Shown: piece after piece, positions 39,100 through 48,526 of the stretch
Layout: each line of letters starts with the position of its first letter
Position numbering within the stretch: the first letter of the stretch is position 1
Origin: an uncultured Candidatus Saccharibacteria bacterium
GTDB lineage: Bacteria > Patescibacteriota > Saccharimonadia > Saccharimonadales > JAGQNJ01
DNA: 60,420 nt
Direction: 5' to 3'
Assembly: GCA_964583075.1 (NCBI GenBank)
Contig: CAZOUW010000004.1
Span: 1-60,420 of the forward strand
Notes under the pieces: model-generated
Databases searched by the model: none
What the model was told of the DNA's origin: nothing
Seen by the model: only the letters and a program-made list of their open reading frames with translations
Program-made: the position numbers and the translations under genes

Positions 39100-39549
39100 T
39101 TAGTGCCACTGGCCAGTACAAAGGGCATTACCTTCTGTACCATAAGGTATATTTGCAACGTAGTGGTTAGAGACTTCGTCAGGGTATCCATTATTGAAGT
39201 GAATCGTCAGATATACCAAGTATCGGCGACACTCAGCCGGCGCATCTATTGGTGTTGGGTAAGTTGGGAACGTGTGGACAATATACTCACCTGGCAAACA
39301 TGCTTGGTTCTGGACTACCTGGCCATCTCCGAAATCCCAAGTACAGCCATCAACAATACTCGGATCATTTGTGGACCTGTTATACATCCTACGCCCCCAC
39401 TCGTATGGACGATAGGTAGGCGTTGTACTGCCGTTGTTGCCACTACCAGAACCACTGCCGGAGGTCGTATTGCCACCGATTGCCGAATTTCCTGACCCAT
39501 TAGGACCGCTGGTTCCAGGACCACTCGGATTTGGTGTCGTGGTAGGTGA
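39100..39549 (-). CDS. Gly/Ser/Thr/Asn-rich linker plus PKD-like domain, in frame with the upstream PilX-like ORF across a UGA
   Basis: The 162 nt after the TGA (39550-39552) contain no stop and no ATG/GTG/TTG. The first Met is at 39387 and has no RBS. The WDFGDG motif is in DGCTWDFGDGQVV. Confidence 0.55.
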   Translation of the reverse strand, partial: SPTTTPNPSGPGTSGPNGSGNSAIGGNTTSGSGSGSGNNGSTTPTYRPYEWGRRMYNRSTNDPSIVDGCTWDFGDGQVVQNQACLPGEYIVHTFPTYPTPIDAPAECRRYLVYLTIHFNNGYPDEVSNHYVANIPYGTEGNALCTGQWH

Positions 39550-40638
39550 TCAAGTTGGGGTCATATCAGTTGGAGTTATAAGATTGCCTGCAGTACACAA
39601 GTCCTCATATTGTGCATCTGTCACCTTGAACTGCTTGCATATGGTATTTGTAGCCTCGATACCAGTAAGCGGTAACATTTCACCTAGTTTAGACGGAACT
39701 ATATCACTTTCATAAGGTACGCGTACTTGAACACGGCGCAGGACATCTTCTGCTTTACCGGTGACATCAACGATTGCCTGTGCGCCTTCTATGTGAAGAT
39801 TATTGGCAACACTATCATAGGCATTAATCTGGAATGCTATCGGTTTATACAAAGCTTTTATAGCCACAAAATACGTATTGCTTGTACCGTCTGTAGTTAC
39901 CTCTACATTACAGTTGTAAGGGTCATCTGGATGGCTCGTACTGCAGTTACCGGATACGATGCCACCAGATGAGTCACTGAGGCTAGCCGTGCCAGAACCA
40001 CCTTCGCTCGGATACATAAAGAAGGTCCTCGTTTGGTCTGCGATCGAGTCCTGATTAAAGCTGCCTGGCATTACAGTTACGCGTGGCAAGCCAGTTTTCA
40101 AAGTGCCGGGATCTTTAGGGAAAGTTGTTGAACCAGGAGCCTCAAACTGGTCTGTTCCACCTACCGCATCAACAGTGTTCTGCCACGAAAATCGCAGACT
40201 ACTGATATTTCCTGTATTTGAGTGAATCGCCATGATGTATGTGCCTGTGTTTGGGTTAAGAACATCGTATTTGAGTTCACCAGGGTCCACGTCTATTAAA
40301 ACGCAGCTATAAGAGACATTCTGAATGCCAGAAGATGAAGATACTGAATTATTGTAATCAATACTTGGACTTGCATTCCCGAGTGCTGTCTGATAGCCAT
40401 CACAATCAGTAATATCACTATTGATTGCTCCTTGCTTAATGGCATTTATGGCATCTTGTATGCCAGTCTCAGCTGCGTAGAAGGCTTGTGTGCTCAGTTG
40501 CCTGTCTAGGCTTTGACGTTGCTCACGACGCACCACTAAAGTAAAGCTAGTAATAACCAGCGTGATAATAATCATGATTACTAGCGTGGTAGTAATGGCA
40601 ACTAGGCCGTCCTGGTTCCCTCTTAGTGTAGTTCTCAT
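39550..40638 (-). CDS. PilX-like type IV pilus minor component (hydrophobic N-terminal helix, no cleavable prepilin motif)
   Basis: The 362-aa ORF starts MRTTLRGNQDGLVAITTTLVIMIIITLVITSF...AFYAAETGIQDA, which is typical of PilX_N. Confidence 0.7.
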   Translation of the reverse strand: MRTTLRGNQDGLVAITTTLVIMIIITLVITSFTLVVRREQRQSLDRQLSTQAFYAAETGIQDAINAIKQGAINSDITDCDGYQTALGNASPSIDYNNSVSSSSGIQNVSYSCVLIDVDPGELKYDVLNPNTGTYIMAIHSNTGNISSLRFSWQNTVDAVGGTDQFEAPGSTTFPKDPGTLKTGLPRVTVMPGSFNQDSIADQTRTFFMYPSEGGSGTASLSDSSGGIVSGNCSTSHPDDPYNCNVEVTTDGTSNTYFVAIKALYKPIAFQINAYDSVANNLHIEGAQAIVDVTGKAEDVLRRVQVRVPYESDIVPSKLGEMLPLTGIEATNTICKQFKVTDAQYEDLCTAGNLITPTDMTPT

Positions 40639-40670
40639 GCTTATCTCACATTATACCCTAGATGTTTAAA

Positions 40671-41285
40671 TTACCTAATCCTAGCACTAACAGACGTTTT
40701 ATAACTGGTATATGCACAGAACTGACCGCCAGCAAGCTGACTCAAGCAACCGTCCTGCGTACCATTAAAGGAAGTTATTTCCCCGTAACCAGCACGGACA
40801 GTAACTTCATAGACCCCTGGTGCAGCACCCGGGCCAACATTAAGCTCAAAAAGCCGCATTCCATCAGACAACATGCTCTCTCCACCTGGCGGCACGGAAC
40901 CTGTTAACGGAGGAACATTTGTGCCACACGCCGCAGGATCACTAAGCGTATCACGTATCAGCGCATGGTTATAACCCGCGACTCCCACTTGCTGAACTGT
41001 TTGATAAGTGAACCGCTGTAGCCCTATACATATATAGCTTTGGCTAGCCGGACCAGATGGCCCAATTAGGTTACCCCCCTGGAGCTGGATTGGACGAGAG
41101 ATAGAATCTACAATATTTCTTGTTGCCTGCTGTGTTTTGGCGGTAATATTACCTTTGTAGTAAAGTCGCCCAACCTGTACGAGTACAAAGCTAGCAGATA
41201 CTAAAACCGTAGTTAATATAGTAGTTGCTATCAGTAACTCAACTATAGTGAAGCCTTTGTTTGAAGTTCGTATTTTCATATTCAT
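40671..41285 (-). CDS. Minor pilin (prepilin-type N-terminal cleavage/methylation domain)
   Basis: The N-terminus is NKG|FTIVELLIATTIL. Confidence 0.8.
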   Translation of the reverse strand: MNMKIRTSNKGFTIVELLIATTILTTVLVSASFVLVQVGRLYYKGNITAKTQQATRNIVDSISRPIQLQGGNLIGPSGPASQSYICIGLQRFTYQTVQQVGVAGYNHALIRDTLSDPAACGTNVPPLTGSVPPGGESMLSDGMRLFELNVGPGAAPGVYEVTVRAGYGEITSFNGTQDGCLSQLAGGQFCAYTSYKTSVSARIR

Positions 41286-41845
41286 AGATCCGGTACCGTT
41301 ACCTTATATGCCAGGCTCAATACCTGCCTTTCACCACCACCAGCTCTATCCCAGCCTACATCAACCTGATAGCTAACAGATCTAATGATTACACCTGAGT
41401 GAGTTACGGCCACATATTCTGGCCTAATAATTGCAGTGTACCTATCGCTAGTGCAATCACCCGCAGGAGAAGCAGCATTAGTTTTTACGACCAAACCTGC
41501 AGAGTTAAAACAAAAAGCATCAGCAGCTTCTTGGGGGGAAAACGTCTTTTTATTATCTAGGCCTGTGTCCAAACCATTATTCTGAACAATAATGCCTCTG
41601 TTTTCGAGTGCCTCAAATGACTCGGCCCTGGCAGATAAGGCATGGAGCATTTCAACTTGAGATTCTGCAATTTTTAGGGCCTCACCCCTCTCCTGGGATA
41701 CTCGTATACCGTTAAGGCTGCGGGTTGAAATACTATAGCCCGTCACCAAAACAAGCGAAAGAACGCTCATGGCTATCAAAACCTCTATTATTGTGTCGCC
41801 ACGTTGTGATCGCTTTTTAGTTACGCGCATGGACTGCCGTCCCAT
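41282..41845 (-). CDS. Minor pilin-like protein with an atypical +1 residue
   Basis: The N-terminus is QRG|DTIIEVLIAMSVLSL. It has Asp where Phe or Met is usual, and Glu5 is conserved. Confidence 0.65.
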   Translation of the reverse strand: MGRQSMRVTKKRSQRGDTIIEVLIAMSVLSLVLVTGYSISTRSLNGIRVSQERGEALKIAESQVEMLHALSARAESFEALENRGIIVQNNGLDTGLDNKKTFSPQEAADAFCFNSAGLVVKTNAASPAGDCTSDRYTAIIRPEYVAVTHSGVIIRSVSYQVDVGWDRAGGGERQVLSLAYKVTVPDL

Positions 41846-42672
41846 TCTGTCTTGCTCATAATCTTAACCGTGTTACTCAGTGGTTTTGCGCCGTCGCCAA
41901 TAATAATAGTGGCGTATTGCTCCGACACTGCACTCCGTAAACATAAGGTAACTCCAGTGGATGGGTTTGGTGTCGATAAAACAGTAAATATGTCGTCGTA
42001 TGTTCCGCCCGCAGATCTAGTAAATACATCATCTGCCTCACTCAGGTTACCACTAATCGTACGCATTTCTACTTGTGATGCCCCCGATGGCAGACCACTG
42101 GCAACAGCAGACGTAGGTGTACCAAATGTTTGCAAAAACGCTACACCGCCAGCAGTCGGATTAACGACTTTCGTTATATATAGACCAAAAGCTGTATCGT
42201 AAGTTTCAGCTGGTAATACTGTTATGTCTGCAAAACGAGGCCCTGAATCATCCAGACTATTTGCTGGTTCACCTGATAGATCTTTGGTGCTCCCCCAAAT
42301 TGTATGAATGGCTAGATTATCGCAAGCCTCTCCTCCAATAGTATTACAGCCGGCGCTAGAAGGCCCGAATTGAATTGCCCTACCCAGAAATACACAGTCA
42401 GAGTTAGTACCTTGTACATTTGACCCGGTGGTTAGCGTTGTGCCATTACAAGTAATATTCTGAGTATTTGGATAATAGCCGCTTGCTACCTGATTAGAAA
42501 CGTCTCTGATTTTTAAGTCTAGTTCAGTAACAGCTTGGCTGAACTGTGCTTTGGGGATACGTGTACTAAACAAGGCCACAGCCCCTCCAACAATAGCCAC
42601 GCTTATGGTCAAGAATATTATGACTTCTATTATAGTAAACCCGCCCGCATGACGGCGAAGGCCGCGAATCAT
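41821..42672 (-). CDS. Minor pilin (prepilin-type N-terminus)
   Basis: The N-terminus is RHAG|GFTIIEVIIFLTISVAIV. I prefer the start at MIRGL (42672). Confidence 0.75.
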   Translation of the reverse strand: MIRGLRRHAGGFTIIEVIIFLTISVAIVGGAVALFSTRIPKAQFSQAVTELDLKIRDVSNQVASGYYPNTQNITCNGTTLTTGSNVQGTNSDCVFLGRAIQFGPSSAGCNTIGGEACDNLAIHTIWGSTKDLSGEPANSLDDSGPRFADITVLPAETYDTAFGLYITKVVNPTAGGVAFLQTFGTPTSAVASGLPSGASQVEMRTISGNLSEADDVFTRSAGGTYDDIFTVLSTPNPSTGVTLCLRSAVSEQYATIIIGDGAKPLSNTVKIMSKTEWDGSPCA

Positions 42673-42699
42673 AGGCAAATTATAGCACAAGCGTATTAG

Positions 42700-43494
42700 C
42701 TAAAGGTAGAGAAAACTATGCAAATACCAATTAATAACAGGTCCACCAAACAAAACAACCACTACCGTTGCAATAATTAAGAGCGGTCCGAACGGCAATT
42801 TGGTTTTTACTTTCACTTTACCCCTAACCAAACTAGGCAGTACATACAAGGTACCAATAAGTGAGGCTAGAAATATTATTAAAAATACCTCCGCTATGCC
42901 TCCGGCTAACAACCCTAGTGGCAATGCAAGTTTCACGTCACCACCGCCTATCCATTTACCCTTAGATACCGTGAACAAAGTCCAGAATATAGCAAAGAAT
43001 GTGATACCGCTAACAAACGATTGAACCAAACCAACTACTCCATCGCTACTTGCTGCTCTCAAGATAGTAAAAACTACGGCAAACACTGTAAGTACAGCCA
43101 CCAAACTATTTGGCAACAACATCCACTTAAGATCATACACAAGTAAAGCAACGAGTATTATCAAACACAGTAGCCACACAACAAGCGCAGCCACTCCAGC
43201 AACCGTCATAAGCGTATATGGCCAAAATAGATATGAACATACGAATAATACCGTTGTCAGCAACTCTATGGCGGGGTATTGGGCAGATATTGGCTTTTTG
43301 CAGTAGCGGCATTTACCGCCCAGTGTTAGCCAACTGACGACCGGAATAAGGTCTTTAGCTGCTAAAACATGCTTACAGTGAGGGCAAACGGAGCGTTCAC
43401 TAACCCAATTACGTTTGGTTTTAAGCCGCCATACCAAGGCATTTATAAAACTACCGAGGGCAAGCCCAAATATTACAAGAATAAGCACAATCAT
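42700..43494 (-). CDS. pilD: Prepilin peptidase (A24 family)
   Basis: It has the zinc-finger motif CPHCKH...CRYCKK, a polytopic membrane body and GGGDVKL. Confidence 0.9.
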   Translation of the reverse strand: MIVLILVIFGLALGSFINALVWRLKTKRNWVSERSVCPHCKHVLAAKDLIPVVSWLTLGGKCRYCKKPISAQYPAIELLTTVLFVCSYLFWPYTLMTVAGVAALVVWLLCLIILVALLVYDLKWMLLPNSLVAVLTVFAVVFTILRAASSDGVVGLVQSFVSGITFFAIFWTLFTVSKGKWIGGGDVKLALPLGLLAGGIAEVFLIIFLASLIGTLYVLPSLVRGKVKVKTKLPFGPLLIIATVVVVLFGGPVINWYLHSFLYL

Positions 43495-43521
43495 TTATTT
43501 AATAATACTTGTTTGGCCTCA

Positions 43522-43555
43522 AATAAAAAAGAGCGGATAAATTCCGCTCTTTTTA
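43522..43555 (-). terminator. Intrinsic terminator or attenuator after pilA
   Basis: AGAGCGGA-ATTTA-TCCGCTCT followed by TTTTTTATTT on the minus strand. Confidence 0.75.
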
Positions 43556-43570
43556 CAGAGTTACTGTTTA

Positions 43571-44014
43571 TTAGCTACCTATACATCGTGGTGCATCTGC
43601 ACCTGTTGTTTCTACCTGATAAGAGACAGTGAAAGCTCGGCCACCTCCACCCGCTACAGGTGAAGCACCATTTGCATCACACCTAGTACCAGTTTGGATA
43701 TCATAATTACTGATAGAAGCTGTTCCCTCAGCAGTTAGTTGCTGTAATTTGCTTGAATCAAGATATGTATTCAACGATGCCGCTGCTGGATCTTGACAAG
43801 ATGCCATCTGACCATTGTTATTATTTAGACACTCATTAATTGCCGCAGAAACGAGTGACGCGTCATTTGTTCGCTGCGTGTTACGTGAATTACGTTGTAG
43901 TGCCGGAACTGCCAAGAACACAATCAAGATGATCAAACCTGCAATTGCAAGCACAATCAAGACTTCGATTATAGTGAAGCCTTCTTGTCTTTTAGTTTTA
44001 TATTTTTGTAACAT
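43571..44014 (-). CDS. pilA: Major type IV pilin
   Basis: The N-terminus is RQEG|FTIIEVLIVLAIAGLIILIVFLAVPALQRNSRN. The gene has its own promoter, a strong RBS (GGGGGA) and its own terminator. Confidence 0.85.
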   Translation of the reverse strand: MLQKYKTKRQEGFTIIEVLIVLAIAGLIILIVFLAVPALQRNSRNTQRTNDASLVSAAINECLNNNNGQMASCQDPAAASLNTYLDSSKLQQLTAEGTASISNYDIQTGTRCDANGASPVAGGGGRAFTVSYQVETTGADAPRCIGS

Positions 44015-44070
44015 ACCTTGTTTCCCCCTTTAAGGTGTTTTATTAAAAGCAGTATGTGCTTATGGTTAAA

Positions 44071-44099
44071 ATACTATGCCTGTTGAAGATAAAATGCAA
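44071..44099 (-). promoter_or_regulatory. Candidate pilA promoter
   Basis: On the minus strand: TTGCAT (44099-44094), 17 nt, then TAGTAT (44076-44071). Confidence 0.45.
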
Positions 44100-44116
44100 G
44101 TACTTTTACACAGGTA

Positions 44117-45340
44117 TTAGATAATGCTGTTTGTCTGATTTACAAGACCGTAAATAGGCAGTAGTACTGCGGCAACAATTGTAAAAGCCACTATGCCCAA
44201 TAAGACCATCAGCACAGGCTCAATAATGGTTGAGATAGTTTTGACCTGGTTGTCTACCTCTTTTTCATAATAGTCAGCTGTTTTCTCTAGCATATCTTCA
44301 AGCGAACCTGATTCTTCACCAATGTGAATCATATCCGGGACTAGTTGCGTAAAGTTTGGGTCACCTTTTAGTGATTCTGATAGCGATTTACCCCCTTTAA
44401 CTTTCTCTATAGCCTTTCTTATTGAACGCTCAATGTGCACGTTATTGACTGCTCTGGCCAGGATTTCTAATACTTGTATTAAAGGTACGCCACTGGCTAC
44501 CAATGTTGCGCCCGTACGGGCAAAGCGTGCCATATACACTTTTGTGAACAGCGGACCAAACAGCGGTGCTTTCATTTTTGCTTTATCAATCGCCTCTTTG
44601 CCACCAATAGACTTAACCCACCTATTTCCAAAAAATATGCTAAGACCCAGTAATATCAAAGCAACCCACCAATAATCTATTACAAAGTGTGAAACTGCCA
44701 ATAAAATTTTAGTAATAATGGGCAGGTTAGCCCCAGGGAGATCTTTATATATCTGCTCTACTTGGGGCAGGACAGTAACGATCATGAAACCAACCACGGC
44801 AATCATCACGACAATCACAACCGCCGGGTATACCATAGCACCGCGGATTTTGCTCATAATCTCTGCGTCTTTTTCTTGCTGATTTGCTAACCGCTCTAAA
44901 GCTTTATCGAGTGTACCTGATGCCTCACCGGCCGCAACTAGGTTGACGAAAACTTCATTAAATACCTTAGGGTGCTTGGCTAAAGCCTGAGAAAACGAGT
45001 TTCCGGCCTCTACATCTGTAATAATATTGCTTATAATTACCTGTAGCGCTTTATTTTGAGTTTGGCCTTGAACATTGCGCAAAGACTGAACAATGGGCAA
45101 ACCAGCATTGATCAGAGTTGAGAGCTGGCGAGAGAACAGAACTTTATCTTTTGTGGTGATACGGTTTGTGAATCTACTGATTAAACCACTGTTGTCACCA
45201 TCAACCGGAGTAACATCAACCACTATAAGCCCTTGTTGCTTAACGACGTTTACAACAGATTGTATGTTGGTGCCTTGAATTTGTGCAGTTATCTTTTTGC
45301 CGGTTGCAGGGTCACGTGCCTCATACTTAAATGATTGCAT
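44117..45340 (-). CDS. pilC: Type IV pilus platform protein (GspF/PilC family)
   Basis: The 407-aa ORF has a duplicated T2SS-F domain and 3 TM segments. Confidence 0.9.
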   Translation of the reverse strand: MQSFKYEARDPATGKKITAQIQGTNIQSVVNVVKQQGLIVVDVTPVDGDNSGLISRFTNRITTKDKVLFSRQLSTLINAGLPIVQSLRNVQGQTQNKALQVIISNIITDVEAGNSFSQALAKHPKVFNEVFVNLVAAGEASGTLDKALERLANQQEKDAEIMSKIRGAMVYPAVVIVVMIAVVGFMIVTVLPQVEQIYKDLPGANLPIITKILLAVSHFVIDYWWVALILLGLSIFFGNRWVKSIGGKEAIDKAKMKAPLFGPLFTKVYMARFARTGATLVASGVPLIQVLEILARAVNNVHIERSIRKAIEKVKGGKSLSESLKGDPNFTQLVPDMIHIGEESGSLEDMLEKTADYYEKEVDNQVKTISTIIEPVLMVLLGIVAFTIVAAVLLPIYGLVNQTNSII

Positions 45341-45342
45341 GT

Positions 45343-46410
45343 TTAGTTCCTCATGAGCCTATCTAGCTCTTCAAGATCTACTGCGTAGTTGCGAGCTTCG
45401 TCATATGTGATAGTCCCTGCATGAATCAGGCCAACAAGGGTTTTATCCATAGATTGCATGCCAAATTCTGCGCCAGTTTGAATCACTGCCTCCAGCTGAT
45501 GAGTCTTGCCTTCTCTAATAATGTTGCGGACTGCCGGTGTGGCTGTGAGTATCTCTGCTGCAGCAACACGACCGCCGCCGATTGACGGTATAAGGCGCTG
45601 GCAACAGATTGCCATCAAAATATTTGAAAGTTGGGCCCTAATTTGTGGTTGCTGGTGTGGCGGAAACACGTCAATCATACGGTCTACACTTTGCGAAGCT
45701 GAGTTAGTGTGCAACGTTGCAAAAACCAAGTGGCCAGTTTCTGCAATAGTAATTGCTGAGGCAATGGTTTCTAGGTCACGCATTTCACCGATTAGTACCA
45801 CGTCAGGATCCTCACGCAGCGTACTACGGAGTGCTGCAGAGAATGAGTACGTATCGTAGTGGACTTCACGCTGCACAACCAAAGACTTCTTTGATTTATG
45901 AGTAAACTCTATCGGATCTTCAATAGTAATTATGTGGTCTGCTCGTTCTGTGTTTATCTTATCTACTAACGCAGCTAATGATGTTGACTTACCAGAACCA
46001 GTCGGGCCAGTTACGAGCACCAAGCCACGTGGATACTGAGCAAACTTATTCATGACTGCCGGTAGGCCCAATTGCTCTACAGTCAAAATCTCATTAGGAA
46101 TCAGACGCAGTGCTGCCGCTAAATTGCCCCTCTCATGGAAGGCGTTAACACGAAACCTTCCAAGGTCACCAAATGCAAAGCTAAAGTCAAACTCTTTGTC
46201 TTTAAGCAGTATTTGCTTTTGATCTTCGTCCAGCATCGCAAACACAAGACCCTCTACCACTTCTTCACTCATGGGCTGAGCACCAGTAACTGGCATAAGG
46301 TGACCATCCACGCGTAGCATAGGCGCCATTCCAACCTGCAAATGAAGGTCTGATGCCTTCTTCTTAACGACTTCTTCTAGTAGTATTTCTATTCTTGGTT
46401 GTGATTCCAT
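45343..46410 (-). CDS. pilT: Twitching-motility retraction ATPase PilT
   Basis: It has Walker A GPTGSGKST, Asp-box and His-box motifs (HLVFATLHT), and is about 355 aa from Met 46410, which is preceded by AAAGGTGGG. Confidence 0.88.
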   Translation of the reverse strand: MESQPRIEILLEEVVKKKASDLHLQVGMAPMLRVDGHLMPVTGAQPMSEEVVEGLVFAMLDEDQKQILLKDKEFDFSFAFGDLGRFRVNAFHERGNLAAALRLIPNEILTVEQLGLPAVMNKFAQYPRGLVLVTGPTGSGKSTSLAALVDKINTERADHIITIEDPIEFTHKSKKSLVVQREVHYDTYSFSAALRSTLREDPDVVLIGEMRDLETIASAITIAETGHLVFATLHTNSASQSVDRMIDVFPPHQQPQIRAQLSNILMAICCQRLIPSIGGGRVAAAEILTATPAVRNIIREGKTHQLEAVIQTGAEFGMQSMDKTLVGLIHAGTITYDEARNYAVDLEELDRLMRN

Positions 46411-46435
46411 GTATGTATACCCACCTTTTACTTGT

Positions 46436-48262
46436 TTAGGCACTATCCTCTGCTGCAACGCGATTCACCTCATCTAGGGTTGTTAAGCCATCTAAAGCCT
46501 TCAAATAACCGTCTTGGCGCATGCTAACCATCCCTTGCTGCAATGCAACTTTTTGAATCTCGCTACTGGTTGCCCGCTTGAGAATAAGCTGCTGGATTTC
46601 TGGTGTAACATCAAAAACCTCGTACAGACCTATTCGCCCTTTATAACCGCCAGGTGCAGAGGCAGTTTCCTTGCCTTTGTATAAAGTATAAGCGGTTTCA
46701 GTAACTGTAGGCAAGGCTTTATAACCAAGATCTTCGGCTAACTTCTTAGCTTCGGCTTCAGTTTTTGGCAAAAGACCAGGTAACGTTTGATGAATTGCTT
46801 CAGTTTCAGCGGCGTTAGATTTATGAGCTTCTGCCCCATCTGCTAATCTTCTGACAAGCCGCTGGCCAATCACAGTACGCACCGTAGAAGCAATCAAGAA
46901 GGGTTCTATGCCCATATCAAGCAAACGTGGCAAAATACCCGCAGCAGAGTTTGTATGCAGCGTAGAGAACACCAGGTGACCTGTGAGCGCAGCTTGTACG
47001 GCTAGAGTAGCCGTTTCTTTATCGCGAATCTCACCAACCATCACAACGTCAGGGTCTTGACGCAAGATTGACCTAAGACCTGATGCAAATGTTAAGCCGA
47101 CATCTGCGTTCACTTGAATTTGGTTAATACCCTGCATCTTGTACTCAACTGGATCCTCAAGTGTCACAATATTAATATTGTCGCTCTTTATTTCTTGTAA
47201 CAAAGCGTACATAGACGTTGACTTACCAGAACCAGTCGGGCCAGATGTCAAAACCATACCGTTTGGATGCTCTAAAGCTTTACGGATTGTACGCAGTGCC
47301 CTGCCTTTATAACCCATATCTTCAAGCTTAAGACTGGTGCCGGTTTTATCAAGTAACCGAATAACAACCTGCTCTCCCCACACAACCGGTGATATTGCAA
47401 TACGTAGGTCAATATCGCGACCAGCGGCATTGACTGTGAACTGGCCATCTTGAGGCAAGCGGTGTTCATCTATCTTTAGGTTTGAGAGGATTTTTACACG
47501 AGACACCAGTGGTGGTTCCGTTGCTTTTGGCAACTTCATGACTTCACGCAATACCCCATCGATCCGGCAGCGAATTTTAAGTTCAGTCTCTAGTGGCTCA
47601 ACATGTATGTCGCTTGCGCCATTATTTGCAGCGTACTCTAGTATTGCTGTTAAAACCTTACTAATTGGAGAATCCTGAGCAATTGTTTTTATAGCTTTAT
47701 TGGGCTTTGCTATCTCAGAACTTTCTTCTTCTCCTTTGAAGTTTCTAAGTTCAGTCGGTATATCTATGCCACCACCTGGCGCCATATTGGGGTATGCGCC
47801 CGTGATCTCTGCATCAGATGCGGTCCTATATTGTTTTAATATGTGTTGAATACCTTGCTCACTTGCAGCAAACACTTTGACTGGCCGACCGATTTTATTG
47901 GATAGATAATCAATGGCCTGCACGTTATCTGGGTCAAGCATACCCACAACCAGCCGGTGCTTCATCTCTCCAAGAGGGACGGCCATATAACGCTCAGCCG
48001 TCTCTTTAGGTAAAAGCTCTAAGATAGTTTTATTGATTGTCGCTGCCGATAAATTAACGTATGGCACATTGCTAGCATGCGCAATGGTCTTTGTTAGTAA
48101 TTCATCAGAAACCTTCCCATCACTAATCAATAGGGCAAATAATGGCACGTTTTCGCGCTTAGACCTCTGTTTAAGCTCGTCAACTTTTGCACGCGTTATT
48201 AACTTTTGGCTGATTAATGAATCTTCAACCTTTTTCTGAGTTTCTGCCGATAGGACACTCAT
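46436..48262 (-). CDS. pilB: Type IV pilus assembly ATPase PilB (GspE family)
   Basis: The 608-aa ORF has an N-terminal T2SSE_N domain, GPTGSGKST and GHLVFSTLHTN. Confidence 0.9.
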   Translation of the reverse strand: MSVLSAETQKKVEDSLISQKLITRAKVDELKQRSKRENVPLFALLISDGKVSDELLTKTIAHASNVPYVNLSAATINKTILELLPKETAERYMAVPLGEMKHRLVVGMLDPDNVQAIDYLSNKIGRPVKVFAASEQGIQHILKQYRTASDAEITGAYPNMAPGGGIDIPTELRNFKGEEESSEIAKPNKAIKTIAQDSPISKVLTAILEYAANNGASDIHVEPLETELKIRCRIDGVLREVMKLPKATEPPLVSRVKILSNLKIDEHRLPQDGQFTVNAAGRDIDLRIAISPVVWGEQVVIRLLDKTGTSLKLEDMGYKGRALRTIRKALEHPNGMVLTSGPTGSGKSTSMYALLQEIKSDNINIVTLEDPVEYKMQGINQIQVNADVGLTFASGLRSILRQDPDVVMVGEIRDKETATLAVQAALTGHLVFSTLHTNSAAGILPRLLDMGIEPFLIASTVRTVIGQRLVRRLADGAEAHKSNAAETEAIHQTLPGLLPKTEAEAKKLAEDLGYKALPTVTETAYTLYKGKETASAPGGYKGRIGLYEVFDVTPEIQQLILKRATSSEIQKVALQQGMVSMRQDGYLKALDGLTTLDEVNRVAAEDSA

Positions 48263-48289
48263 GGACTACCCGTAACTAGCACACTACCA

Positions 48290-48526
48290 CTAAAATGGCT
48301 GTGTATTATTTTGATTTCCGATCTGAATATTTTGAGTTGGATTAATCGAATTAGAGTTAAAGTAGCGAGTGTCGGCTTTTGGAAATTCTGAACTTATCGC
48401 TTCCACAACCTCAACCTTAGTTTGGCGGTTTTGGGGCTTAGATATAAAAGCAGACGAGACAAAATATGAAATTATACCTGCAATAAATACCACCACAATA
48501 ATAAGAGCTATATCTTTTTGTTTCAT
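48290..48526 (-). CDS. Small single-pass membrane protein in the PilP position
   Basis: The 78-aa ORF overlaps the pilO-like stop by 4 nt. I recognise no motif. Confidence 0.45.
   Translation of the reverse strand: MKQKDIALIIVVVFIAGIISYFVSSAFISKPQNRQTKVEVVEAISSEFPKADTRYFNSNSINPTQNIQIGNQNNTQPF

Noticed and set aside
39550-39552. I considered that the organism might use an alternative genetic code, with UGA read as Gly or Trp as in some CPR/Mollicutes. That would explain the in-frame TGA in the PilX-like gene.
   Set aside because: TGA terminates other genes cleanly, for example queA at 17161-17163 (followed by a tRNA) and the Xer-like gene at 39091-39093. None of the long conserved ORFs (gyrA, gyrB, pilB, thrS) contains an internal TGA under the standard code.
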